NCBI RefSeq assembly: GCF_009914755.1
Contig: NC_060928.1
Direction: 5' to 3' (one strand)
DNA: 64,000 bases
Source: the human T2T-CHM13v2.0 reference genome, Homo sapiens
The notes beneath the pieces were generated by a model. The model had not been told where the DNA came from. It did not search any database and was given only the letters and a program-made list of their open reading frames with translations. Made by a program: the position numbers and the translations under genes. Numbering within the stretch: position 1 is the first letter of the stretch; each line of letters begins with the position of its first letter. This document shows, piece by piece, positions 1 through 12,042 of this stretch.

Positions 1-700
1 TGGGGATATTTTTCCTATACATTTCAGCCAGTCCTAGCGAAAATGTAAACATTTGAAAATTTAACCTCAAATTCATTGCAAAATGAAAAAAAGGACAGAA
101 AAGGGATAAAAGAAAATTTTTGAAAACCAAACTGCTTTACCCAAAAATTGGGATCTGCAGCTTTCATTCGATTACCTATAGGAGCAAATAAAATTTAGCC
201 ATCTGAACAGGTCTTATTTTGTCAGAAATATAATTTGGATCCAGCTGTCTTTTATAAACCAGTGAGCTTGTATTACTTTGTTTTATTGTCTCGCGACTTA
301 AATTTTGCAATGAAAGCTATAAGATGTTTATTTCTGTGTTTGTATATGTGTTTAGGTCTTTATATATGTATGTTTTGTTTACGTGGTATAACCTGGTGTA
401 GTTGGCCAGAAATCCCTACAGAAATTATATTTAGATTGGCTTACATAAATGAACAGTTATATAAACTATATAGTAATTAACCAAATGCCTTTTAATTATG
501 TGATTTAAGTAAATCTTTGAAAATAAGCTGGTTTGAAATTTGTTGATAAAATAAAGACAAAAATGTTTTCAAAATTTTCTACATACATTTTTGCCTAGGT
601 TTACAAGTCACACAGAGTTTTATATTTGCCACTGCTTTAAATTTTAAGGTCATCAAACTATAAACCCAACCTTCGGACAAAAACTCCTTCTTTGTCTCAA
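1..700. mobile_element. Probable ERV1 (MER4-group) internal non-coding fragment
   Basis: Segments such as ttgtcagaaatataatttggatccagctgtcttttataaaccagtgag resemble MER4-group internal sequence as I recall it. No LTR or ORF is visible. Confidence 0.35.
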
Positions 701-704
701 ATCC

Positions 705-2637
705 ACTTTCATTTGATTTTTGTATATGGTGAGAGATAAGTGTTTAGTAACATAATTCTGCATATGAACCTCATTTTCCCAGGACCAGTTATTGAAGAAA
801 CCGTCTTTTCCCCAATGTATATTCTTGGCAACTTGTCAAAAATTGATTTGCTATAGATGTGTGGATTTGTTTCTGGGTTTGCTATTCTGTTCCATTGCTC
901 CACGTATCTGTTTTTATGTCACTACTATGCTGTATTGGTTACTATATCTCTGTAGGATAATTTGAAGTCAGGTAATGTGATTCCTCCAGTTTTCTGCTTT
1001 TTGCTCATGATGGCTTTGTTTATTCTGGGTTTTTGTGGTTCCATATACATTTCATTTTATTTTATTCTATTCACATTGAGAGTGGCACTGGTAGGTTTTT
1101 AACTTTATTTCTTGCTGTTTAACTGGGATTACTTTTAAAATTTCTTTTTCAGGGTGTTCACTGATAGCATATAGAAATGCTACTACTATTTATATGTTGA
1201 TTTTGTATCCTGCAACTTTACTGAATTTGTTTATCAGTAATAATACTTTTTTGGTGGAATCTTTAGGTTTTTCCAAATATAAGCCCATATCCTCTGCAAA
1301 CAAGGATAATTTTATTTCTTCCTTTATAATTTGGATGCCCTGTATATCTTTCTTTTTTAATTGTTGTGGCTAGGACTTACAGCAATATGTTGAATAACAG
1401 TGGTGAAAGCAGGCATCGTTTTCTTCTTCCAGATATTAGAGAAAAGAATTTCAGTTCATCCTCATTCAGTATGATACTAGCTGCGCTTCTATCATATATG
1501 CCTTTTATTATGTTAAGGTATGCTCCTTCTGTACTCAGTTTTTTGAGGGTTTTTGTCATGAAGGGATGTTGAATTTTATCATAGGCTTTTCCAGCACCAA
1601 TTGAAATGATTATATAGTTTTTGTCCTTCATTCTGTTGACATGATGTATCATACTGATTGATTTGTGTACGTGGAACCACACTTGCATGCCTGGGATAAA
1701 TCCCACTTAGTCAGGATGAATATTTTTTACTGTGATCTTGAATTTAGTCTGCTAGCATTTTCTGGAGGATTTTTGCATCCATATTCATCAGAGATACTGG
1801 ACTGTAGTTTTTTTTTTTAATGTGTCTTTGTCTGCTTTTGGTATCAGGACAATACTGGCCTCACAGAATGAGTTTGGAATTACTCCCTCCTCTTCTACTT
1901 TTCAAAATCGTTTGATTAGGATTGGTATTAGTTATTCTTTAAATATTTGGTAGAAGTCAGCAGTGACGCCATCAAGTTCCAGGCTTTTATTTATTGGAAA
2001 ACTTTATTATAGCTTCAATCTCATTACTTGCTATTGGTTTCTTCAGATTTTGTATTTCTTCCCGTTTCAATTTTGGTAGGTTTTATGTGTCTACAAATTC
2101 ACTCATTTCCTCTAGATATTTCAATTGATAGACATATAGTTTCTTATAAGAAGTCACTAGTGATCATTTGAATTTCTGCTGTATCAATTGTAATGCCTCC
2201 TATTTTTCGTCTCTAATTTTATTTATTGGACATTCTCCCTTTTTTTGTTAATTAGTCTGGATTTGTCCATTTTAACTTTTCAGAAATTCAACTTTTGGTT
2301 ACATTGATATTTTGCATTGTTTTCTTCATTTCAATTTCATTTGTTTCTGCTCTGATCTTTATTATTTCTTTTTTTTTCTACTAAATTTGGTTTTGGTTTG
2401 CTCTTGCTTTTCCTGTTACTTAAGATGCATTATTAGGTTGCTTATTTGAATTTTTATTCTTTTTTGATGTAGACACTCATAGCTATAAACTTCCCTCTTA
2501 GTACTGTTTTGCTTTATCCCAGACATTTAAATATGTTGCGTTTCCATTGTCATTTGTTTTGAGAAAATTTTCAATTTCCTTCTTAATTTAATTATTAATT
2601 CACTGGTTATTCAGGAGTATATTGTTTAATTTTCATG
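705..2637 (-). mobile_element. Old L1 (L1PB/L1MA-type) ORF2 region, decayed, left part
   Basis: Minus ORFs 709-903 (EQWNRIANPETNPHIYS..IFDK) and 1377-1706 ([29 protein letters not shown]) are L1 ORF2p reverse transcriptase and downstream motifs. Confidence 0.9.
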
Positions 2638-3017
2638 TGATATGGTTTGGCTCTGTGTCCCCACCCAAATCTCATGTTGAATTGTAATTCCCAGTGTTGA
2701 AGGAGGGGCCTGGTGGGGGGTGATTGAATCACGTGGGCAAACTTCTCCCTTCTGTCCTTGTGATAGAGTTCTCACAAGATCTGGTTGTTTGAAAGTGTGT
2801 AACACCTTGCCCTTCTCTCTCTTACTCCTGCTCTGGCCATATGAAAACCATGCTTGCTTCCTCTTCACCCTACCCTATGATTATAAGTTTTCTGAGGACT
2901 CCCCAGAAGCAGAAGCCTGTAGAGCCCAAAGAATGATGAGCCAATTCAACTTATTTTCTTCATAAACTACCCAGTCACAGTTATGTCTGTATAGCAGTGT
3001 GAGAATGAACTAATACA
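2638..3017 (+). mobile_element. MST (MSTA/B) 5' LTR of a full-length MaLR element
   Basis: Starts tgatatggtttggctctgtgtccccacccaaatctc and ends gaactaataca. It is followed by the internal start gaaaattggtacc. Confidence 0.9.
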
Positions 3018-5101
3018 GAAAATTGGTACCAGAGAAGTGAGGCATTGCTATAAAGATGCCTAAAAATGTGGAAGTGATTTTGGAGCTGGGTAATAGGCAG
3101 AGGTTGGAACAGTATGGAGAGCTCAGAAGAAGACAGGAAGATGAGGGAAAGTTTGGAACTTCCTACAGACTTGTTAAATTGTTGCAACCAAAATGCTACT
3201 AGTTATATAGACAGTAAAGTCCAGGCTGAGGAAGTTTCATATGGATATGAGAAACTTATTAGGAACTGGAGTAAAGATCACTCTTGCTGTGCTTTAGCAA
3301 AGAGACTGGTGGCATTGTGCCCCTGCTCAAGAGCTCTGTAGAACTTTGAATTTGAGACAGATGATTTAGGGTATCTGGCAGAAGAAACTTCTAAGCAGCA
3401 GAGGATTCAAGTTGTGGCCTGGCTGCTTCTAACAGTGTATGTTCATATGGGTGCACATAGAGATTATCTGAAACTGCAGCTTATATTTAAAAAAGAAGCA
3501 GGACATAAAAGTTTGGAAAATTTGGAGTCCAGCCATGTGGTAGAAAAGAAAAACCCATTTTCTGGGGAGAAATAAAATTCAGCTGGAGAAACTTGCATAG
3601 ATAAAGAGGAGCCAAATTATAACATCCAAGACAATGGGAAAAGTGCCTCCAAGACATTTCAGAGATCTTCCTGGCAGCTTCTCCTATTATAGGCCTCAGA
3701 GCCTGAGAGGGAATACTGGCTTTGTGGGCCAGGCACAGGGCCCCGATATCCTGTGCAGCTTCAAAACATGGTGCCCTGTGTCCCAGCTGCTCCAGCTCCA
3801 GCTCCAGCCATGGATACAAAGACCCCAGATACATCTCAGGCCACTACGACAGATGGTGCAAGCCAGAAGCCACCAATGCTGCCACATGGTGTTAAGCCTG
3901 CAGGTATGCAGAGGGCAAGAGTTGAGGCTTGTGAGTTATATTATTCCATTCTCACATAACTATAAATAAATGCCTGAGACTGGGTAACTTATAAATTCTC
4001 ATGTAACTATAAATAAATGCCTGAAACTGAGCAACTTATAAAGAAAAGAGGTTTAATTGGCTCATGGTTCTGCAAGCTGTACAAGAAACATGGCTGAGGG
4101 AGGCCTCAGGAAACTTACAATTATTGTGGGAGATTAAGTGGAAGCCAGCCCATCCTGCATGGCTTGAGCAGGAGAGAGAGAGAGAGCAAAGGGGGAAGTG
4201 CCACGGACTTTTAAACACTCAGATCTTGTGAGAATTATATCACAAGGTAGCACTAGAAGGATGGTGCTAAGCCATTAGAAACCACCCCCATGATCCAATC
4301 ACCTCCCACCAGTCCCCACCTCCAACACTTGGAATCACAATTCGACATGAGATTTGGGTGGGAACGTAGAGCCAAACCATATGAGGAGCTTCCACATAGA
4401 TTTCAGAGAATGCATGAAAATGCTTGGATGCCCAGGCAGAAGCCTGCTGCAGGAGCAGAGCTCTCACGGAGAACCTCTACTAGAGGAGTGCAAAGGGAAA
4501 ATGTGGGGTTGGAGCTTCCATACAGAGTCCCTACTGAGGCACTGCATAGTGGAGCTGTGAGAAGAGGGCCACCATCCTCCAGACCCCAGAATGGTAGATC
4601 CACCAACAGCTTGTACTATGTACCTCAAAAAGCCAGAGGCACTCAATGGCAGCCCATGAAAGAAGCTGTGGGGACTGTATCCTGCAGAGCCACAGGGGTG
4701 GAGGTGCCCAAGGCCTTGGGATCCTACCTCTTGCATCAGCATGATCTGAATGTAAGACATGGAGTGAAAGAAGATTATACTGGAATAAGATTTAATAACT
4801 GCCCTGCTGGGTTCTGGACTTGCATGGGGCCTGTAGCCCCTTTGTTTTGGCCAATTTCTTCATTTTTGAATGGGAACATTTACCCAATACCTGTACCCTC
4901 ATTGTATCATAGAAGTAACTAACTTTTTTTTTATTTTACAGGCTCATAGGCAGAAGGAACTTGCTTGTCTCAGATGAGACTTTGAACTTGGACTTCAAGT
5001 TAATACTGGAATGAATTAACGCTCTGGAGAATTGTTGGGAAGGTATGATTGTGTTTTGAAATGTGAGAGGGACATGAGACTTGGGAAGGTCTGTGGCAGA
5101 A
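3018..5101 (+). mobile_element. MST-int (MaLR internal region), interrupted by a nested LTR
   Basis: Degenerate MaLR ORF text (ESLELPTDLLN..; RFQRMHENAWMPRQK..) and a purine tract before the 3' LTR. Confidence 0.9.
3937..4384 (-). mobile_element. Solo MST LTR nested in opposite orientation inside MST-int
   Basis: Runs tatattattccattctcac..gccaaaccatatga, the reverse-complement LTR. The host internal sequence resumes at ggagcttccacatagatttcagag. Confidence 0.88.
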
Positions 5102-5481
5102 TAATATGGTTTGTCTCCATGTCCCCACTCAAATCTCATGTTGAATTGTAATTCCCAGTGTTTGAGGAGGGGCCCGGTGGGATGTGATTGAATCATGGGG
5201 GCAAACCTCCCCCTCGCTGTTCGCGTGATAGAGTTCTCATGAGATCTGGTGGTTTGAAAATGTGTAGCACCTCCCCGTTCTCTCTCTTCCTCCTGCTCTG
5301 ACCATGTGAAGACCATGTCTGTTTCTTCTTCAACTTCCACCATAATTGTAAGTTTCCTGAGGCCTCCCCAGAAGCAGAAACCTGTACAGCCCACAGAACG
5401 TGAGCTGATTAAACCTCTTTTCTTTATAAATTACCCAGGCTTAGTTATGTCTTTACTGCAGTGTGGGAATGGACTAATACA
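5102..5481 (+). mobile_element. MST 3' LTR
   Basis: Runs taatatggtttg..ggactaataca, a direct repeat of 2638-3017. The element is flanked by tcatg (2633-2637) and gcatg (5482-5486), a 5-bp TSD with one mismatch. Confidence 0.9.
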
Positions 5482-7275
5482 GCATGCATATGAATAGTTT
5501 CCAAAATTCCTCTTGTTATTGATTTCTAGTTTTATTTCCTTGTGATCAGAGAAGATGCTTGATATCATTTCAATTTTTTGAATGTTTTAAGACTTGTTTT
5601 GTGACCTCATATATAGTCTATCCTTGACAATGATCCATGTGCTGAAGAGAAAATTATGTATTCTGCAGACATTGCAAGAAATTTTCTGTAAATATTTTTA
5701 GGGTTGTTTGTTCCATAATACAGATTAAGTCTGATGTTTGATTGTTGATTTTCTGTCTGGATGATCTGTCTAATGCTGAAAGTTGGGTGTCGAAGTCTTC
5801 AGCTATTATTGTATTCAGATCTCTCTCTCTCATTAGCTTGAATAATATTTGCTTTATATCTAGGTCCTCCAGTATTATGTGTATATATATATTTACAATT
5901 ACATATCCTTTTGAGGAATCGAACCCTTTATTTTTATATAATGGCCTTCTTTGTTTCTTCTTACAGTTTTTGTTTTGAAATTTATTTCACCTGTGATAAG
6001 TATAGCTACACCTGTATTTTTTTTTTTTTTTTTTGGTTTCAAGTGGCATGGGGTATCTTTTTCCATCTCTTTATTTTCAGCCAATTTGTATCTTTATAAA
6101 TGTAGTATTTATTGTAGGCGACAGATCATTGCACCTTTTTAAAAATAATTCATTCAGTCAGTCACTCCGTGTCTTTCTAATGGTGAGTTTAGTCCATTTA
6201 TATTCAATGTTATTATTTATAAGTGAGAACTTACTCCTGCCATTTTGGTATTTGTGTTCTGGCTGTTTTATGGTCTTGTTTTCCTTCTTTCTTTCCTTCT
6301 TGTATTCTTTTTAACGAAGGTGGTATTCTCTGGTAGAATAACTTAATTTCTCTCTTTTTAATTTTGTGTATCTATTGAATGTTTTTTTAAATTTAAGATT
6401 ACCAAATACTGTCTTGCAAATACTGCCTTAGAATTCATTATTTTAAGCTCATAATGCTTTAACACTGCGTATAAAACAAACAAAAAAAAACAGGAAAACT
6501 AATAAAAACTCCATACTTTAATCCATCATTTTTTAACTTTTTTGTTTCTGTTTATGTCTTATTGTACCAATCTTGAGTAGTTGTTGTAGTTATTATTTTT
6601 TATTGTTTCAGCATTTAGTTTTTCTGCTTAAGTGTAGTTTACACCCCACAATGACAATGTTGTAATACTCTGTTTATTTGTGTGCTTACTACTACCAATG
6701 AATTTTGTACCTTCAGATGATTTCTTCTTGTTCATAAATGTCATTTTCTTTCATATTGGAAAAATTCCTTTTAGAATTTCTTGTAGGAATGGTCTAGAGT
6801 TGACAAAATCCCTCAACTTTTGTTTGGGAAAAGTCTTTATTTCATCTTCATACTTGAAGAATAATTTTGATGGATGTTCTGTTCTAGTGTAATTGTTTTT
6901 TTCCTTTTTCAGCACTTTAAATATGTCATGCTACTCTCTCCTGGTTCATAAGGTTTTCACTGAAAAGTCAGCAATTAGATGTACTGGAGTTCCATTGTAT
7001 GTTACTTTCTTTTCTCCAGTAGCTTTTACTATCATTTCTTTATCCTTGGCCTTTGGGAGTTTGATTATTAAATTCCTTGAGGTAATCTTCTTTGGGTTAA
7101 ATCTTCTTGGTATTATATAACCTTGTACTTGGATACTGATACCTTTCTCTAGGTTTGGGAAGTGCTCGTGTATTATCGTTTTGAGTAAATATTCTACCCC
7201 TATTTCTCTTCCTACTTTCTCTTTAAGGCAAGTAACTCTTAGATTTGCCTGTTTGAGGCTGTTTTCTAGATCTTA
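5482..7275 (-). mobile_element. Continuation of the same old L1 (ORF2 endonuclease region and ORF1 3' part)
   Basis: ORF 5899-6084 (GVAILITGEINFKTKTVRRNKEGHYIKIKGSI) is an L1 endonuclease motif. The L1 reads through once the MST is removed. Confidence 0.85.
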
Positions 7276-7653
7276 TAGAAGCTTCCCACATTTTCAATTC
7301 TACATTCTCTCAAACAGTGACTGACATGACAGTTTAACAGGGCGTGACATAAAGAGCTTGACATGACAGCAGCGTGGTGAATACTTCTTGAATAAATAAA
7401 TAAAGGAATATTGAAGTTCAAAAATAGGAGTTGTAACCACCAGGGTAGTCTTTATATGAACCTAGTTTCAATGAATGGACACCTTCATCAATCACATCAA
7501 TGTTAAGCTATGAAGATACTTACATCAACACTGCCAAAATGGCAGTGATCACTTTGACGGGAACAATGTATCTCACATATTCACAATGTACCTGTGACTG
7601 AATTTTACACAAGAACCTAATTGTCCTATTCCAGAACTTCCTGGAACTTAGTG

Positions 7654-7990
7654 AGTGTGTGTATATATATATATTTTATATATACTTGTGTGTGTGTGTG
7701 TTTATATATATACACATAAGTATATATACATAAGTATATATGTGTGCATATATATAAATAAATATATATGAGTATATATAAATAAATAAATTTATATATA
7801 TACTCACATATATACACACACACATATATATACACACACTCATTTTATATATATATTCACTGTATATATATACTCACTATATATATAATTTTAGGGTAGG
7901 ATCTTGTTACTATTATTTGTAAATATATATACAAATTATATATGTACATTAATTACTTATAATTATATTATATGTAACTATATTTTAATA
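7654..7990. repeat. Compound (TA)n/(TG)n/(CA)n low-complexity tract
   Basis: Directly visible dinucleotide-rich sequence. Confidence 0.9.
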
Positions 7991-9649
7991 TTCATATCTA
8001 TATATTTATAAACATTCCTCCTCAAAACTTGACCAAGGAAACATTGCCACCATATTTTGTCAAGGTGTTTAACAAAAGCTAGAGTCACCAATTATTTTCT
8101 GGAATCACTAGCCGTATTATATATATATATCATAATAAAACCAAATTTATACAAAAACTACGTGCTGTAAAGTTTCGCAAAATTTTGGAAAGTATGCACA
8201 GTTCTGCAAAATCAGCAAGAGGAAGCATCCATTTATCAATGTATCCTATCTATCTGGTTCCTCCAATACCAGAAATTGCCCAGACATAAAATGTATTTAT
8301 TTTATAAATAAAATCATCCTGAAGTTAGCATTCCATTGGGAAGAAAAAGAATGCCATCTAGAATATGTTAATTTGTAACTAAAGTATATTAAGTTCTTTA
8401 AAATAACTAATAACTATTTAGTCACTCTTTCATACACTTAGCTATAATGATTGAAAAATATTTGGATTTGGACTTGTCAAATACATTACCTAAAATTGCT
8501 AAAAGTAATTTAACAGTATCAGAAGCCAACACAGTATATATTTTTCTGAGAAGAAATGTGTGAATTTGTTACATTCTAATTAACTCTGCTCTAGTAGGCA
8601 AGTAGGAAGAGAGTTTGCAGGGAGTACAACCAAGAAAACTCCCACTTCAAAAACTGGGATAATTCAAGAAGTAGAGGAGGAAAGAGGCACTCTGAAACAT
8701 TATGTTGGTTTCCTACATTAAATAGAATACGTTTCCATTTCAATGCACTCTGCTGATTTATATTTATACATTAGGAAGACATAAAAACATTTTATGTTAT
8801 GCTTTTCAGCCAGTCAAGGAAAAATTAGCATAACAAATTGGCTGCAATCTTAGACAATTTTAGGGAAGGATCTTGTTACAAAAGATGTAAAAGGTTTTAA
8901 AAATACATGAAAGTAAAAAGAAGTTGTGCGTTTTTAAAAACATGATTTAACTAAAGGCTTTATTGTACCTAATTAGAATAGAATTAAACATTATCTCAAT
9001 GCTAAATTTCTTAGAATAATTAAATATAAGAAAAGTCAGAGTTTTGTCTTTTAAAAGTTCATATATTTACAAATCAGGCATTATTAGTGTATAGTGCAAA
9101 TGATTAGTCACACCCGGAATAAAGGCAAAAGAGCTTGAGATGGTTTTAAGGAATATTACATGTCAGACAAGGATCGCAGTATCCACTCCCATCAACTTAG
9201 CACAGGGTTTCACAAGTGGTAGCAGTACCAGCCCTAGTGCAGCAGCATCTCTTGTTATTTAATACCTTATTAATCTTAGCAATCAAAAGGTGGTTAACCA
9301 GGTGAAGATCCCAGAAGTAGAACTGTCACATGCAAAAACTACTACCTAGGGACCGGTTCTGGTGTTATTATGGGAAGACAGAGGCTAACAGAGTAGAAAA
9401 GCAGCACTCCAAAACATAACAGCGAACTTTCAATGTTCCGTTAAGAATAGGTTAAATGTCTGTTGTCTGATTAACCAAAAGTCAACAGTTTAATAAATAT
9501 GCACAATGTAAACGAACATAGCAAGTGAAAACTTTCAGGATTGTACTTAGAAAACTACAGTCACCCAGAGACTATCTTTTCGTTGCCTAAATAAAATAAT
9601 TTTAAATAGGAAAAGACAGGCTGATTAAAATGAGTGTCGGTTTCAGGAC

Positions 9650-10330
9650 TCCCTCTTTTCAAGCTGCCAGAAACTTGTCTAGTCGAGCCGCCCCTGGAGT
9701 CCGCATTCCAAGGCTCACGGCTCGGGTTTCTGGGCGAGGAGACCAGCCCAGTCCTCCATGGAGATTACCTGGGGCTGCAGCCGTCCACGGGCTCCTCCTT
9801 CCCCCTGGTCCTCGGCCTCACCCGCTCCCCAGGGCGGCCCCGCGTCCGGGCGGCTCTCTGAGGCTACGCGGTGCCCGGTGTCCGGCGGGGACGACTAGCG
9901 GGCGACCCCTCCCATCTCGCTCCCCACATCCCCGCGGACACAGCTGGTGGCGACTCAGACCTCTCGGGCAGCGGCTGCAGGGCGAGCACAGAGGGGACTC
10001 CGATGCGAACCGAGGCCCCGGGACCCGCCAGGCCACCCGCGCCGCCGCCCCTCTCCGGGTACGCGCGGGCCCGCTCGTCCTGGGACTAACGAAGCAAAGG
10101 CGGGAGGTGCCTCCATCGCCTTCTGCCTGATCCTGGCCTTCGTGGAGACCCAGGCAGGCCAGGCAGTTCAGACAGCCGCTCCGGGTGGGGTTGGTGGCTG
10201 CAGCCAAGGACAGGCCTGGGTCACATTACCTGGGGAGAAGGCAAGGCAGGAGGGCTGCTGTTCTGGGAGCTTCAAAGCTCTGCACAGTCACATACAAAGG
10301 TGTTTACGCCCCACTCTGAGGGGGATGCGT
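9650..10330. promoter_or_regulatory. CpG island, probable promoter or first-exon region
   Basis: Abrupt GC-rich, CpG-dense stretch (gggcggccccgcgtccgggcgg, cgcgccgccgccc, acgcgcggg) with GC boxes in AT-rich surroundings. Minus-strand donor-like sites at 9769|9768 (CAG|GTAATC), 9822|9821 (CGG|GTGAGG) and 10230|10229 (CAG|GTAATG). Confidence 0.85.
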
Positions 10331-10779
10331 GGGAAGAGACACATTATTAATTCGAAATGGTAATTAAAAAATAGCAAAATAGGGTGACTGTCACTTGGCC
10401 TGGTAGTAAATCACTCCAGATCACATCTCTTCATTGACTTTCGGTGCTCCCTTCCCCACCTGTCTTATGGGTTGCCTGTCCCTATCACCACAGCTGACAG
10501 ACTGAGAGATCCCCAAGGAAAATGACTGAGGTGTTGCTTCTAAGTCCTCAGCACATGGTAGGCACACACCAGATGGTTCTGTTGAATGAGCAGAGGAATG
10601 TGGATGGAAAGGGCGAGCTGGGCATTTCCCCAGGCTCTAGAAGGCAAGTACAAGACCAGCTATTGAAGGAATAGTTTTGTTGTATTGTTCTCCAATCCTG
10701 GTATATAATTGGCAGTGTGGGAGGGGAGTTCAGTCTTCCTTTTCCTTTCATTTTGGTTCTATTAAGACAGAGCACAGAA

Positions 10780-11560
10780 GAACTAATCATCCTCTACTTT
10801 CAGCCCCTGTGCTTCAGGTAATACAGACTCCTGCCCTGACCACAGGTGATCATTGGAGTCATTGCACCTCCTAGTGATAGCTATTGTTGCACAGATAAGT
10901 ATAATAAGTAGAGATAGGTGAAACCCACTAAAGACAAAAACAACCATCCCTATCAAAACAGTTTCCATTCATGTGAAATGAACAAAAATGCACATTTACA
11001 ATCTGTATCTGTGTTAACTATTGAGCCTCTGTTAGCTCTCTCCTTGCCTGTTATAATACATTCTGAAATAATCTAAACCCACTTAACACCCAGCTGAATA
11101 TCACAATAATCCTTATAATAAGGCCTTGTTGGTCAATCTGAATGTACAAGAAGTAACTAGTGTCATGGAGGCCCTGGTTAAACACATGGATACCGAAAGG
11201 TGATAGATAAATCCCACAGAGATACATATCACAAAAACATTGATGGGTCTGGTGGTCTGTAACATGCTAGGACATCCCTTCCAAAGGATGTATGATTACA
11301 TGTTGCACCTCCCAATGTTAATAAGGAAGTGTAATATGTGATATCGCTTTATAGATTCTGGAAGTGATATATTCCATGCTTGGTAATACTGCTTTGATGT
11401 ATAAACTAGGTAACACTAAAGACTACCAACTGCTTGAGAACTAGAGCAAGAAAAGATACTGCAGTACCTTTGGGCTGCAGTTCAAGCAGCCCTGATGTTT
11501 GATCATGGCAAACATCAATGTAATTAGATACCATGTGGAGTTTATGTAAACCACAGGCTC
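10780..11560 (+). mobile_element. Ancient ERVL-class pol (reverse transcriptase) remnant
   Basis: Broken plus-strand frames give KQFPFM*NEQKCTFTI, EALVKHM, INPTEI, DIPSK, YIPCLVILL, EQEKILQ and AAVQAAL. These are colinear with ERVL Pol motifs (KQFAF.W..QYTFTV..INPTKI..DIPSK..HIPHLGVLL..EQEKALQ..AAVQAAL). Confidence 0.75.
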
Positions 11561-11599
11561 TAGATATTCATGTTAAAGTTTTTAAAATGTTCTTCAACA

Positions 11600-11998
11600 G
11601 TTTAAATTGTGGTAAAAAAAACAACATGTAACATAAAGTTTTACCATCTTCACCATTTTTAAGTGGACAGTTAGAAATAGTCACATTGCTGTGAAGTTGA
11701 TCTCCAGATCCTTTTCACTTTGCAAATCTGAAATTCTAGACCCATTAATCAACTCCTCTTTTCTCTCTCACCCCAGCCCCTGGTAAGCACAATTCTACTT
11801 TCTTTGTCTATGAATTTTATTCCTTTAGGTACCTCATATAAGTGTAATCATACAGTATTTTTGTGTGTGTGATTGGCTTATTTCACTTAGCATAATGTTT
11901 TCAAATGTATTAGTAAGGGTTCTCCAGAGAAATAGAACCAATCAAGTTCAATTATGAAGTGTATATAGAGTGTATAAACCAATAAAATGTGTATTGGT

Positions 11999-12042
<44 letters not shown>

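Noticed and set aside
4290-4922. Longest ORF in the window (210 aa)
   Set aside because: It is a chimera of a reversed LTR and degenerate MST internal sequence, not a host gene.
9630-10363. Overlapping 70-166 aa ORFs on both strands in the CpG island
   Set aside because: Their Pro/Arg/Gly/Ala-rich content and lack of stops are expected from high GC content. No recognisable domain.
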